DNA from: a virus
Lineage: Duplodnaviria; Caudoviricetes
Length of the DNA stretch: 35,938 nucleotides
Virus record (IMG/VR): IMGVR_UViG_3300032212_000088
Coordinates: 1-35,938 of that record
Reading direction: 5' to 3' (one strand)
The notes below the pieces were generated by a model. That model was not told the origin of the DNA and did not search any database. It saw only the letters and a program-made list of their open reading frames with translations. Positions 25,507 to 34,395 of the stretch are shown here, in pieces. Every line of letters begins with the position of its first letter. Positions within the stretch are counted from its first letter, which is position 1. The position numbers were made by a program, and so were the translations under genes.

Positions 25507-27055
25507 TGCCTACCTGTCCTTGATCTTGAGCCTGGGCCGACGCCAGCATTTGCGCGGCCATTTGCTGCAACTGTTCGCGCTCTTGCGCACCGCGGATATA
25601 TTTTTCCGGCACTCCGCGAAGGCGCCCCAGCTCGCCACCAATGTCCTCGACCTTGGCGGCCAGAATCATGCCCTCTTCGCCGAGCAGGCCGGAAAGCATG
25701 GTGAGCCAGTCCACTATGCGCTGGATCTCCTGAACCGCTTGCGCATCGGCCAGCGGCGACACGATCTTGACGCGCACCAAAAGCTGATCGATCGGAAGAT
25801 TCACGCGGATAAGGCCCGCATTATACAAGACTTCGATCACGCGGCGCACCAGCGGGACCACAATCTCGCTCGTCTGGCGCCCGAAAGCGGCTTGCAGATC
25901 CTCGGCGTAGAATTTCAGGCGCTCAACAACCTCGCTCGCCGACCGTACCGCGCCCGCTTCGGGCGGTAGATTGCGATCGTGCAACGCCTCGCGGATCCGG
26001 CCGCGCATTTCTTCCAGGATGATCTGGCTGATATTGAAATTGCCCGGCGTCTCCACCCGTGACAAAGACGCGCCAAGCGGCCCGCCATTGCGCGCGACAT
26101 TCAGGATTGTGCCAGGCTTCACATCGCCCATATTGCCGTTAAATGACGGCCCTGGCGTTTTCGTCCAGAGCCCGGTAATGGCCAGGGCGGCGGCGCGAAG
26201 CAATAATTCAACCGTTTTGTTTGCGACCCGCGCATCCGGCACCACAAATTGACCCGGCCCGCGCCCGCGGCTTTCGCCCGGCACTCGGAAATAACGCGGC
26301 AACAGCCAGATGCAGGTGCGCGAGGCGCCGGTTTCCACCGTCACGGATCCATCGCGGCCCGTCTTGATGATGATCAGGCGGCGCCACAGACGCGAATCCG
26401 CATCCCAATAACTTGTTTGCGTGATCTCGAACTCGCGCTGAACATTCTCTTTTGCCGCGCGCCGGAAATCGTCCGGCCAGGCCGCATCCGGCCAGCGGCG
26501 CACGAGATCCGCGGCCTCGCGTTTTGTGCGCCAATGGATCCGATGGCGAAAGCCCGTCCCATCGTCCTCGGTTGAGATCTCGGTGATCGGGACAGAGATA
26601 AACCGCACCGGCTTATCGTCATCGCCTTCAGGCATCATCAAAGCGCCTTCACCGGCCAGGTAATCCAGGAACATTTCGGCCGAGGCGTTATGCCACTCGC
26701 CCACATCGATCGCGCCATGCGCCAGCTTGGCGATATGCTGCAGCGTTTCATCCCATTGCTTGCGCTCGTCCGGTTCCATTTGCGCGGCGGCCGGACCCAA
26801 TTCCAGCGAAAAGAATTGCTGGAAAGGCGGCGTCAGATCGCGTTGCAAGCGTCCGGCCGCGCGGGTGATCGCCAGGGCGGCCGTGGAATCATACAGCTTC
26901 GACAGGCGATTGTGCCGCGGCTTTGTGCGATAGCTGGGCGCGCGATAGGGCAAAACGTAATCATACGCTTCCTCCATATCGTCGAACCAGGCTTGATCCC
27001 GCACAAAGGCGCGATCAGCGAATTTCATCGCGGTTTGACCGTTGATCGCAACCAT
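25469..27055 (-). CDS. Portal (head-tail connector) protein
   Basis: LYDSTA...GESRGRGPG...RSASEVVER...VSPLADAQ, typical of the T7/BPP-1 connector family. Confidence 0.9.
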   Translation of the reverse strand: MVAINGQTAMKFADRAFVRDQAWFDDMEEAYDYVLPYRAPSYRTKPRHNRLSKLYDSTAALAITRAAGRLQRDLTPPFQQFFSLELGPAAAQMEPDERKQWDETLQHIAKLAHGAIDVGEWHNASAEMFLDYLAGEGALMMPEGDDDKPVRFISVPITEISTEDDGTGFRHRIHWRTKREAADLVRRWPDAAWPDDFRRAAKENVQREFEITQTSYWDADSRLWRRLIIIKTGRDGSVTVETGASRTCIWLLPRYFRVPGESRGRGPGQFVVPDARVANKTVELLLRAAALAITGLWTKTPGPSFNGNMGDVKPGTILNVARNGGPLGASLSRVETPGNFNISQIILEEMRGRIREALHDRNLPPEAGAVRSASEVVERLKFYAEDLQAAFGRQTSEIVVPLVRRVIEVLYNAGLIRVNLPIDQLLVRVKIVSPLADAQAVQEIQRIVDWLTMLSGLLGEEGMILAAKVEDIGGELGRLRGVPEKYIRGAQEREQLQQMAAQMLASAQAQDQGQVGNGQQGEQPAAGG

Positions 27056-27279
27056 TAGCCGGAATCTCCCAGGGCGGACGGCTTGCCACCCGAATAGGCC
27101 AGGGCGCGAAGGCGGCCGCCGCGCTGCGATCGGATCCGGCTGGCCTCATCGTCGGCCGTCAATTCCGCTTCGCGGCTTTTCTCGTCCAGGTAATCGCGCC
27201 GGTTGGCGCGCTCGGCCGCCTCATTGCGCTTTGGACCGCCGCCAAACAGCCCGCCAATCATTTGTGAAACACGGCCCAT
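27055..27279 (-). CDS. Small virion-associated protein (74 aa)
   Basis: MGRVSQMIGGLFGGGPK...; TAATG-coupled to the portal; conserved position in podoviruses. Confidence 0.6.
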   Translation of the reverse strand: MGRVSQMIGGLFGGGPKRNEAAERANRRDYLDEKSREAELTADDEASRIRSQRGGRLRALAYSGGKPSALGDSG

Positions 27280-27280
27280 T

Positions 27281-27712
27281 CTAACCCTCGTATGTCCAGA
27301 CCTGGGCGCCGCTATCCAGCGACCCACGCGGTTTAAATTTCAGAAGGCGGGCGATGCGCTCGCCCGCTTTGGATCTCGCCGGATCGATCGCGGTGAAAAT
27401 TGGTTCAGAGACGGCCTGGCGTTGCTGCGCCAACAGCTTGGCGCACGCGACCAGGACGATCCGCATATGCTGGCGCGCGCCTGGCCAGACTGAAAACCAG
27501 GCTTCAAAGGCCCCGGCATCGGAATCCCATACGAACCCACCAACCGCCAGGATCTCGCCATGATCGCCCAGGCGCACCTGGTACGCCATGTGCCAGTAAA
27601 CCTGCGCGGCCATCATCTTCGCATGGCGCCGCGTCCAGCGCATCGGCTGGCCGCGATCGTCAACGGACATGAGCGCCGCCTCCAATGTGCCTTTTTCGAT
27701 CCTGGCCTTCAT
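27281..27712 (-). CDS. Putative GNAT-fold protein (T7 gp13-like)
   Basis: GEILAVGGF...EAWF...GERIARLLKF; ATGA-coupled to terL. Confidence 0.5.
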   Translation of the reverse strand: MKARIEKGTLEAALMSVDDRGQPMRWTRRHAKMMAAQVYWHMAYQVRLGDHGEILAVGGFVWDSDAGAFEAWFSVWPGARQHMRIVLVACAKLLAQQRQAVSEPIFTAIDPARSKAGERIARLLKFKPRGSLDSGAQVWTYEG

Positions 27713-29274
27713 ACGTCTAACGGGCTCCAACCATTGCTGGCCGCAAGGGTGGCAGACCGATCGCCCTCACCATTGTCCGGGACAGGGAGCGAACGGGAGC
27801 CCGATCGGACGGCGTGCGCACCCTCGCGGCCGAGCACAAGGTATTGCAGCCCATCGTGCGGGTGACTAAAATCATTCTTTTCCGGCTTGTCTTCGAACCG
27901 ATCGCCGCTGGCGCTCTTGACGCGGCGGAATCGATAGTGACTGGCAAAGCCCTTGCGCAGCTGGCCACACTCCGGCGACAGTAACAGCCCAGGCTTTCCG
28001 CCCGGCAGGCGGCGTCCCAGGGCTTGCGAGACGGCATCCAGGCGCAGGCCAAGCTCGTTTGACGGCGCCAGATCGATATCGACGCCGGTTTGCAGCGTGA
28101 AGGTTTCCAGCCAGGACAATTCGCCGCCTTCGCGGTCGGCACCGCTCGCCGCGGTCGGATCCGCAAAGCCGTAGAATTCAAAGTCGTGATATTTTTCGGC
28201 GCGCATGACGTTGAACATTTCCGCGCATCGCGTCGCGCCGCACCGCCCCGGCGCCAATTCATCGATGATGCGCCATTGCCCCTCGGCGTTCAGCTGGCCG
28301 AAGATGATCGCGGGCCGCAGCGTTTGCCCGCCATCAATCCCCAACCCGATCGGCCGCCCAGGGATCGGCTTTAACGGCTTTGCGGCCGCGTGGAATTCAT
28401 CATCGTATTCCTCGTAAACCGGCTGGCCGTCGCGCGAATACCCCCATTGATTATGAACAAAGCGGCGCACCCACCATTTCGGGTTGGTCGCGACCATGTT
28501 GTCATAATAATCATCGCTATGCGCGTTCAGATTCTCGGCGCCTGGCTCAAAGGCGCCAGGCTGGCGGAAGAGTTTGACGCGCGCCGGATCCGGCTTTTGC
28601 TCGACGAAAAACTTATAGATCCAGTGATCGGTGTCGGGCGGGTTGAGATCGAGCGTGATCCCCTTCCAGACGCGCTGCGCATTCTCCGGCGTGTAAAGAT
28701 GGCGCGGCGGGTAGCGGCCGACGCGGCCGACCATGTATTGCAACACCTCTTCCTGGATCGACGTGGCCGCGTTCATGAAGCAATGATTGACCTCATAACC
28801 ATCGAGGACGTCCTCGGCCTTGTGATCGCCGATCGCGGCGAATTCGATCGTCAATTCGATCGGCCCGAACTTGTCAAACAGGCGCAATTCATGACTTGCC
28901 GGGCGATCGGTGCCGCCGACCCACTTCCCGGCCTCTTTCGGGATCCACATCAAATAGGTTGGTATCGTTGTCTTGTAGAGATCCCGGTACGTGTCGCGCA
29001 AAAACAGCGCCTTGTGACGCCGGATCCCCTGGCGATCGCGCGGTTGGCGCACCGCTTTGAACAACAGATCGGGATATTCGCACGTCACCGTCTTGCCGGA
29101 TCCATACGGCCCCATCAGCGCCCGCACGAAAATGTCAGACTTGAGGAAAGCGGCCGTTACATCGCCCGGCAGGCGCCAGCCACTATGCGCGCTCGGATCC
29201 AGGGCGGCCACATCGACGGGCGCCTCTGGCGCGGGATTGTCCGGCGGGATCTCATAGCCGATCGATGCGCTCAT
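27709..29274 (-). CDS. terL: Terminase large subunit
   Basis: Walker A GPYGSGKT; LDLNPP; nuclease GLGIDGG and SHPHDGLQY. Confidence 0.9.
   Translation of the reverse strand: MSASIGYEIPPDNPAPEAPVDVAALDPSAHSGWRLPGDVTAAFLKSDIFVRALMGPYGSGKTVTCEYPDLLFKAVRQPRDRQGIRRHKALFLRDTYRDLYKTTIPTYLMWIPKEAGKWVGGTDRPASHELRLFDKFGPIELTIEFAAIGDHKAEDVLDGYEVNHCFMNAATSIQEEVLQYMVGRVGRYPPRHLYTPENAQRVWKGITLDLNPPDTDHWIYKFFVEQKPDPARVKLFRQPGAFEPGAENLNAHSDDYYDNMVATNPKWWVRRFVHNQWGYSRDGQPVYEEYDDEFHAAAKPLKPIPGRPIGLGIDGGQTLRPAIIFGQLNAEGQWRIIDELAPGRCGATRCAEMFNVMRAEKYHDFEFYGFADPTAASGADREGGELSWLETFTLQTGVDIDLAPSNELGLRLDAVSQALGRRLPGGKPGLLLSPECGQLRKGFASHYRFRRVKSASGDRFEDKPEKNDFSHPHDGLQYLVLGREGAHAVRSGSRSLPVPDNGEGDRSATLAASNGWSPLDV
27838..27869 (-). 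promoter_or_regulatory. Putative late promoter inside the 3' end of terL, driving the portal block
   Basis: TTAGTCACCCG-N15-TACCTT. Confidence 0.65.
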
Positions 29275-29546
29275 GCCCCCGACCCCCAGCCTGCAAGCCC
29301 CATCGGTGTTCGTCGAATTGACTTTCTACAACCTGAAACAGTGTGAAGCGGGGTGGGGTATGTGTAACGATCGGCGCGATCTCCAAAGGTGGTCGGCCTG
29401 GGCGGGGCCGGGAGGCGAGGCCGGGGGAGGGGTGACGACGCCTGGCACTCTGATAGACCATCAGATGCGCCTAGGGATTTAGTGCCTGCCTTTTCAATGG
29501 CTTGCGCCATTCGTGAGACGATAGGGCGTGAGACGATCGCGATCAT
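29271..29546 (-). CDS. Possible 91-aa ORF or structured non-coding spacer between terS and terL
   Basis: ATGA overlaps at both ends, but Pro-rich and crossing repeats and G-tracts. Confidence 0.3.
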   Translation of the reverse strand: MIAIVSRPIVSRMAQAIEKAGTKSLGASDGLSECQASSPLPRPRLPAPPRPTTFGDRADRYTYPTPLHTVSGCRKSIRRTPMGLAGWGSGA

Positions 29547-30121
29547 GTTTCGCTATCCTCTTGATTTTCCTCGACTTCTTCATCTAGGGCAGAATCCAGG
29601 CGCACATCGGCTGGCGTGACGTCGATCATCGCCTCGCTATCCTGGGATCCGCGGCCCGCGTCCGCCATCGAGGGCATCAGGAAGGCCAGCTTGACGCCGC
29701 CTTCGCCGCCCACATCGATCGAGGTTGGCTGCTTTGAGTGCAGATAGGGCGCCAGCTGGACCGCGGCCGCGATCTGCGCCTTGAACACGTTGATGCGCTG
29801 ATCATTGGTCAACTCGTCGCCTTTCAGCCCCAGGCGATCGATCAGATCCGCCGTTCGCATCGAGGACACGGCCGCCAGGCATTCGAGCGGGCTGGAATAA
29901 TTCGCCAGGAGGAATTGCGTCCAGGCTTCGGTGCGCTTGTTCGTGGATCCGGCCGGTCGACCAGGCCCGCGCTTCTTCTCCTCGACCTGGCGCGCCGTGG
30001 ATCCAGGCGCCGCGGATGATGGCAGCGGCAGCAATTCGCCCTGGACGCCATCAGCGGCCGGAGGATCACCAGGGCCAGCGCGATCGATTGCCGCCTTTAT
30101 GCCAGGCTTTTCATCCGCCAT
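29543..30121 (-). CDS. terS: Terminase small subunit (putative)
   Basis: RGPGRPAGSTNKRT AT-hook-like motif and AAVQLAPYLH; upstream of terL. Confidence 0.65.
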   Translation of the reverse strand: MADEKPGIKAAIDRAGPGDPPAADGVQGELLPLPSSAAPGSTARQVEEKKRGPGRPAGSTNKRTEAWTQFLLANYSSPLECLAAVSSMRTADLIDRLGLKGDELTNDQRINVFKAQIAAAVQLAPYLHSKQPTSIDVGGEGGVKLAFLMPSMADAGRGSQDSEAMIDVTPADVRLDSALDEEVEENQEDSET

Positions 30122-30158
30122 CGAATAAAAGCCTATTATTTAATGGGTTAGCGGCTAA

Positions 30159-30411
30159 TGAGACACCCTGCCTTAATTGTGTCTCACCAAATGTCACACC
30201 CTTTTCTGAATAAATCCATCTACTTAGAATGTAATGAGACATTGAGACATTGAGACACATAGCTTCCCATATGCGCGCGCGCGCACATTGAGTCTCTTGC
30301 TGTCTCAATGTCTCAATGTCTCGTGGCATCGTATGTCCCTGAATTCCCGGCCCTTATGGTGTGACGCTTGGCGTGACACCTGGCCGATTTCCCTGTCTCA
30401 ATCCCTGTCTT
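30159..30411. repeat. Iteron-like TGAGACA/TGTCTCA cluster, putative replication origin or packaging site
   Basis: Perfect 22-bp inverted repeat 30236-30257/30301-30322 built from 8-bp units and centred on TGCGCGCGCGCGCA; further copies at 30159, 30179 and 30394. Confidence 0.7.
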
Positions 30412-30417
30412 GCATCG

Positions 30418-30449
30418 AAGATAATGGGGATTGGGGGTCGGGTGAGTAA
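30418..30449 (-). promoter_or_regulatory. Putative late promoter upstream of terS
   Basis: TTACTCACCCG-N15-TATCTT. Confidence 0.65.
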
Positions 30450-30473
30450 TAGGCACGATTTCGGCCCTGGCGT

Positions 30474-30560
30474 CAATCAATTGAGAATAAATTGATCATA
30501 GGTGTTGACTTATCCTCAATTCGTATATACATCCGCAATTGAGGTTTGAGGAAAACGCAA
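30474..30560 (+). promoter_or_regulatory. Promoter/operator of the plus-strand accessory cassette
   Basis: TTGACT -35 inside TTGA-cttatcc-TCAA (30505-30519); CCTCAATT...AATTGAGG inverted repeat. Confidence 0.65.
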
Positions 30561-30740
30561 ATGCAACACCGGATCCCACACAAGAGCGAAGGCGGCGCCA
30601 ACATCGCCGCGATCGCCGCGACATTGACCAGGACGCCGCACATCGATGCGCGGCCGGTCGATACCGACCTGGGGCGCCGCATCGCCGCCGCCCAGGCTCA
30701 ATTTCGCAATGACTGTCTGAAACCAACCTGGAGACTCTGA
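30561..30740 (+). CDS. Hypothetical protein (59 aa)
   Basis: GAGG RBS; first gene of the cassette. Confidence 0.55.
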   Translation: MQHRIPHKSEGGANIAAIAATLTRTPHIDARPVDTDLGRRIAAAQAQFRNDCLKPTWRL

Positions 30741-30741
30741 C

Positions 30742-30996
30742 ATGAACCTTTTAGACGACATGATCACCGCCGAGGGCATCAGCCAGAAGATTGGCAACGT
30801 CCTGGACGATAGCGGGCTGGACGGCATCGGGCGCCTGGCGGCGCTGATCCTCACCCTCAATGAAGAGTCTTACCGGATTGAGAAAGTCAATCCGGCGCGC
30901 GCCCATGCCATCGACGCCGCAATCGCCAATCTTTTGACAGCGCAACGCCTCACAGCGCTGGACACACCACCCACCACCCTAACCGTCAGCGCATAG
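30742..30996 (+). CDS. Hypothetical protein (84 aa)
   Basis: GGAGA RBS; tight spacing. Confidence 0.65.
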   Translation: MNLLDDMITAEGISQKIGNVLDDSGLDGIGRLAALILTLNEESYRIEKVNPARAHAIDAAIANLLTAQRLTALDTPPTTLTVSA

Positions 30997-31007
30997 GAGA
31001 CACAGCC

Positions 31008-31361
31008 ATGACGACCACAACCCCAACCTACTTTCCCGCCGACCTGGTGCGCATGATCCTGGTCAGCAAATGGGGATATGAGCAGACCAACGTCTGTTAT
31101 TACCGCATCGAGCGGGCCTCACCCGCCACCGTCTGGCTTCGCCGGATCCAGACGGACGCCGCGCCAACCGGCGACGGGATGCGCGGCACCCGCCAGCCCA
31201 AACGCGACGAGGACGGGCGGCCGATCCCTATGAAAGGCGCGGAATTGATGCGCCGGAAACTCGCCATCGATTCCACCGGGGATCCGTGCATCAAGATCGA
31301 CTCTTACGAATACGCCCGCCCCTGGAACGGCCAGCCGCAAGAATACACGGCATACGCCTGA
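31008..31361 (+). CDS. Conserved phage/plasmid protein of the 'WGYEQTNV' type
   Basis: SKWGYEQTNVCYYRI motif; AGGAG RBS. Confidence 0.7.
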   Translation: MTTTTPTYFPADLVRMILVSKWGYEQTNVCYYRIERASPATVWLRRIQTDAAPTGDGMRGTRQPKRDEDGRPIPMKGAELMRRKLAIDSTGDPCIKIDSYEYARPWNGQPQEYTAYA

Positions 31362-31429
31362 TTTTCCTGGCTAGGCGCCCGGCCCGATCGGGCGCCCTTC
31401 TCGGACAATCAAGCCAATGGAGGAAACAC

Positions 31430-32500
31430 ATGGCAGACATTCACGACGCAATCGGCATGGTGATGGGAAACCGCCCGGCCTATAACGGCGCCGCCATCGC
31501 CAGGGAGACGATCGAGATCGATTGCCTTACCGAGATCCGCACCGAGAAGGTGGGCGACTATGCGCGATATTTCGCACACCAAACATTCCGCAACGAGTAC
31601 GCCGCGAAGGCGGCGCTTGGAGACATGGCCGGACGCATCGGCCGGGCGGCCGAGATCGCCCGCAAGATGATCGCCCAGGCGCCGATCGCCAAGGCCGAGA
31701 TCGAAACGGCATTCGGCGCCTGGCGGGCGAAGCAATGGCCCGCTGAAATCGCCCTTATTCGCCGCAATCAGGAGATTTACAGCGCGATGATCGCTGGCCC
31801 GTCCAATTTCCCGTTCGAGCGGATGCGCAAGCGTGAGGCCGCCAAATGGAAAGAGGCCGAGCGCATGGAGCACCGCGTCACCAGCTTCGCCAAGACCGCC
31901 AAACGCATCGCCTTCCCGCATGGAGCGCCTGGCGAAGCGATCCGCGGCAATGATCCGGAGGCGATCGCCAAGATCCGCACGAAGATCGCGCAGAAAACCA
32001 AGTGGCAAGAGCAAATGAAGGCGCACAATGCCGAGATCCGGAAGGCGGCGAAGATCACCGGGGCCGGGAAGAACGCCGAGGGCGATGCTTTGATCGCGGC
32101 CGAATTGCAGAAGACGCACAGCGCCGCCGTGGCGGCCGGGCTGGCCATGCGAGACTATGCCGGGCGCCGCGGACACGCCAGCTATGCGTTAACGAATAAC
32201 CGGGCCGAAATCGCCCGCCTTGAGGCCCGGCTTAAAGAGTTGGAGAGGGTGAGGGAGAGCGCCGCGAAGGAACTCGCGATCGAGATCCAGGGTGAAGAGA
32301 TCCAGTTGATTGAAAACACCGACGCCCACAGGATCCAGATCATCTTTCCAGATAAGCCAACGGCCGAGATCCGCACGATCCTTAAACGCCGCGGTTTCAG
32401 ATGGGCGCCGAGCATGGGCGCCTGGCAACGACACCTGAACGCTAACGGCCGTTATGCGGCGCAATGCGCGATCGCAGAGATCGAGAAGGCGGCGGCCTGA
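31430..32500 (+). CDS. DUF3560-like/polyvalent-protein-associated protein
   Basis: SAMIAGPSNFP; IRGNDPEAIAKI; SYALTNNRAEIARL; RIQIIFPDKP...LKRRGFRWAPSMGAWQR; GGAGG RBS. Confidence 0.7.
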   Translation: MADIHDAIGMVMGNRPAYNGAAIARETIEIDCLTEIRTEKVGDYARYFAHQTFRNEYAAKAALGDMAGRIGRAAEIARKMIAQAPIAKAEIETAFGAWRAKQWPAEIALIRRNQEIYSAMIAGPSNFPFERMRKREAAKWKEAERMEHRVTSFAKTAKRIAFPHGAPGEAIRGNDPEAIAKIRTKIAQKTKWQEQMKAHNAEIRKAAKITGAGKNAEGDALIAAELQKTHSAAVAAGLAMRDYAGRRGHASYALTNNRAEIARLEARLKELERVRESAAKELAIEIQGEEIQLIENTDAHRIQIIFPDKPTAEIRTILKRRGFRWAPSMGAWQRHLNANGRYAAQCAIAEIEKAAA

Positions 32501-32530
32501 ACGGCCGCCAAACATTTGCAGAAAAGGAAG

Positions 32531-32553
32531 CGGCCGCCCTGATCGGGCGGCCG
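32531..32553. terminator. Hairpin between the convergent cassette and helicase genes
   Basis: CGGCCGCCC-tgatc-GGGCGGCCG; pyrimidine run follows on the minus strand. Confidence 0.6.
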
Positions 32554-32557
32554 TCGC

Positions 32558-34393
32558 TTATTCGGATCCGTCCTGCATGATCTTGTCGAGATTAACCAGG
32601 ATGCACCGCCTTTGCCTGCCATCGATGCGGGCGCGATCATTGCACCAATACCCGTCAGGCGCCTGGCGCAGCGCACCCGACCAGATCCCGCCAACACCGG
32701 CCGAGCCCGCCCAGTCTGTACCCTCAAAGTGATCTTGCAGCTTCGCGTCCGTGGTCGGGATGGCCAGCCAGAGCCCGGTAAATTCGCGCTTTCGTCCAGG
32801 CGCGGCATCAAAATTCCCCACAATCGCCAGGCCGATCTGCGCCAGGCGGTTATTGATATTCTCGATGCGCTTGGCGAGATCCCCCTCGGCCGGATTGCCG
32901 AGGTCGGCCAGCTGGGCGCCAACCGTCTGCATCCGATCGCGGCCCCAGGCTTTCACCGGCTTCGAAAAAAGATGATCCAGGCACCGTTGCCAGTTTGGAT
33001 CCGCATCCTGGAATTCCACCATATCATCGGGCGCCAGGGATTCGGCCCACTCTTGCAGATCATCGCTTGACGGCGGCGTGTCGTTCAACAGGAGATCCGC
33101 ACAGACGAGAAGCGCGCCGAATTGATCCGCACCCCGGCCGACATGCCCGCCCGCCATCAGGGCGGTGCGTATCGTCTGCAATCGCTCGTCTAACTCGCCA
33201 TGATGATCGAGGAGACGACGCCGGATCTTGCGGCCGATGATGCGCAGATCCTCGACATCGATCACCGGCTCTTTATCGCCAGGCTGGAACGGCCGCAATT
33301 CCAGGAAGGCCATGCGGGACCGATCCTGCGGCCGCATCGGCGGCGCATTGATCGCGGAAAACCCGAAGACCGAGCGGGCGGTAAACTCCACCCCTTTATG
33401 CTCGGCGCCACCGCGCAACATCAGCGCGCCAGACGACGCCAGGCGCGCCAGCTTTACCACCGCTTCGGCTTTGCGGTTGTCGGCTTCCGCCTCCATTTCA
33501 TCGATCGAGATCGGCACAGAGTCCTGGCGCACATGCTGATAGATCCCGGCCGCGGTTGTTTCGGCCGCCTGCACCATTCCATCCGGCCCGAAGACTTCGG
33601 AGATCACCCGTTGCAAGGTGGATTTACCCGTCGCGCGATCGCCGACCAGGAACATCATCGGACGCCAGCGCAAGAACCCGCCCAGGATCCCGGCCGAGAT
33701 CCAGCCCAGGAGCAGAAGCGGATCGATCGAGCGCCGCCAGCGCCAGGTAGAGAGGAGATCGAGGAGATCCTGGGCGGCCTGGCCGTTGACGTGCTCGCCC
33801 CACGGCTTGAGACACTTCACCCCGGCCGGATAGACAAAATCGCCGCGCTCGCCGGGATCCTCTTCGCCATTGGCGCGCACCAGCACATCGCCGCAATGCA
33901 GCGTTAAACTGCCATCGTCTTCCATCCAGCCGCCGCGGCCGCGGACCCGACTGGCCGAGCGCCAGACGCCAAGATGCGCGCAAGCGTTCATCAGATCGTC
34001 GCGGATCAGATTGGCCTTCCAGCCCACGACTTCCAGATCCTTGCTGAATTGAGGCCAGCCCCAATAAAGGTATTCCGTCCTGGGCGCGAAGAGGGCGGCG
34101 ATTCCGGCCTGGCCCATTTCGGACGCCTTCAAAGCGCGGAGCTGGCCGAGCGGATCCAGGAAGAAAAACACATCGCCATCCTTGCCGAGCGGATGCACCG
34201 GGCAATCACGCGGCAGGCCAACGTCATTTGTCCAGGCCCGCGAGCGCCAGCCACCCGCGAACATCGGATCCTTCCAACCCTCGACCGGCCGCGGATCCCC
34301 CGGCTTCGGGACGCGCGGCTTTTTTGACCTGGGCGCACCCACCGGCTCCGCGGCATCGACGATATCGCGGATCTCTTCTTCTATCTGCGACAT
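32558..34393 (-). CDS. Primase-associated P-loop DNA helicase/ATPase
   Basis: Walker A GDRATGKST, Walker B ISIDE, FSAIN motif; downstream of the Toprim primase. Confidence 0.75.
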   Translation of the reverse strand: MSQIEEEIRDIVDAAEPVGAPRSKKPRVPKPGDPRPVEGWKDPMFAGGWRSRAWTNDVGLPRDCPVHPLGKDGDVFFFLDPLGQLRALKASEMGQAGIAALFAPRTEYLYWGWPQFSKDLEVVGWKANLIRDDLMNACAHLGVWRSASRVRGRGGWMEDDGSLTLHCGDVLVRANGEEDPGERGDFVYPAGVKCLKPWGEHVNGQAAQDLLDLLSTWRWRRSIDPLLLLGWISAGILGGFLRWRPMMFLVGDRATGKSTLQRVISEVFGPDGMVQAAETTAAGIYQHVRQDSVPISIDEMEAEADNRKAEAVVKLARLASSGALMLRGGAEHKGVEFTARSVFGFSAINAPPMRPQDRSRMAFLELRPFQPGDKEPVIDVEDLRIIGRKIRRRLLDHHGELDERLQTIRTALMAGGHVGRGADQFGALLVCADLLLNDTPPSSDDLQEWAESLAPDDMVEFQDADPNWQRCLDHLFSKPVKAWGRDRMQTVGAQLADLGNPAEGDLAKRIENINNRLAQIGLAIVGNFDAAPGRKREFTGLWLAIPTTDAKLQDHFEGTDWAGSAGVGGIWSGALRQAPDGYWCNDRARIDGRQRRCILVNLDKIMQDGSE

Positions 34394-34395
34394 GC

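Noticed and set aside
30235-30322. CRISPR array or transposon ends
   Set aside because: Units are 8 bp without spacers; no cas or transposase gene.
30111-30329. 72-aa minus-strand ORF upstream of terS
   Set aside because: It runs through the iteron palindrome, its sequence reflects the DNA repeats, and it has no clear RBS.
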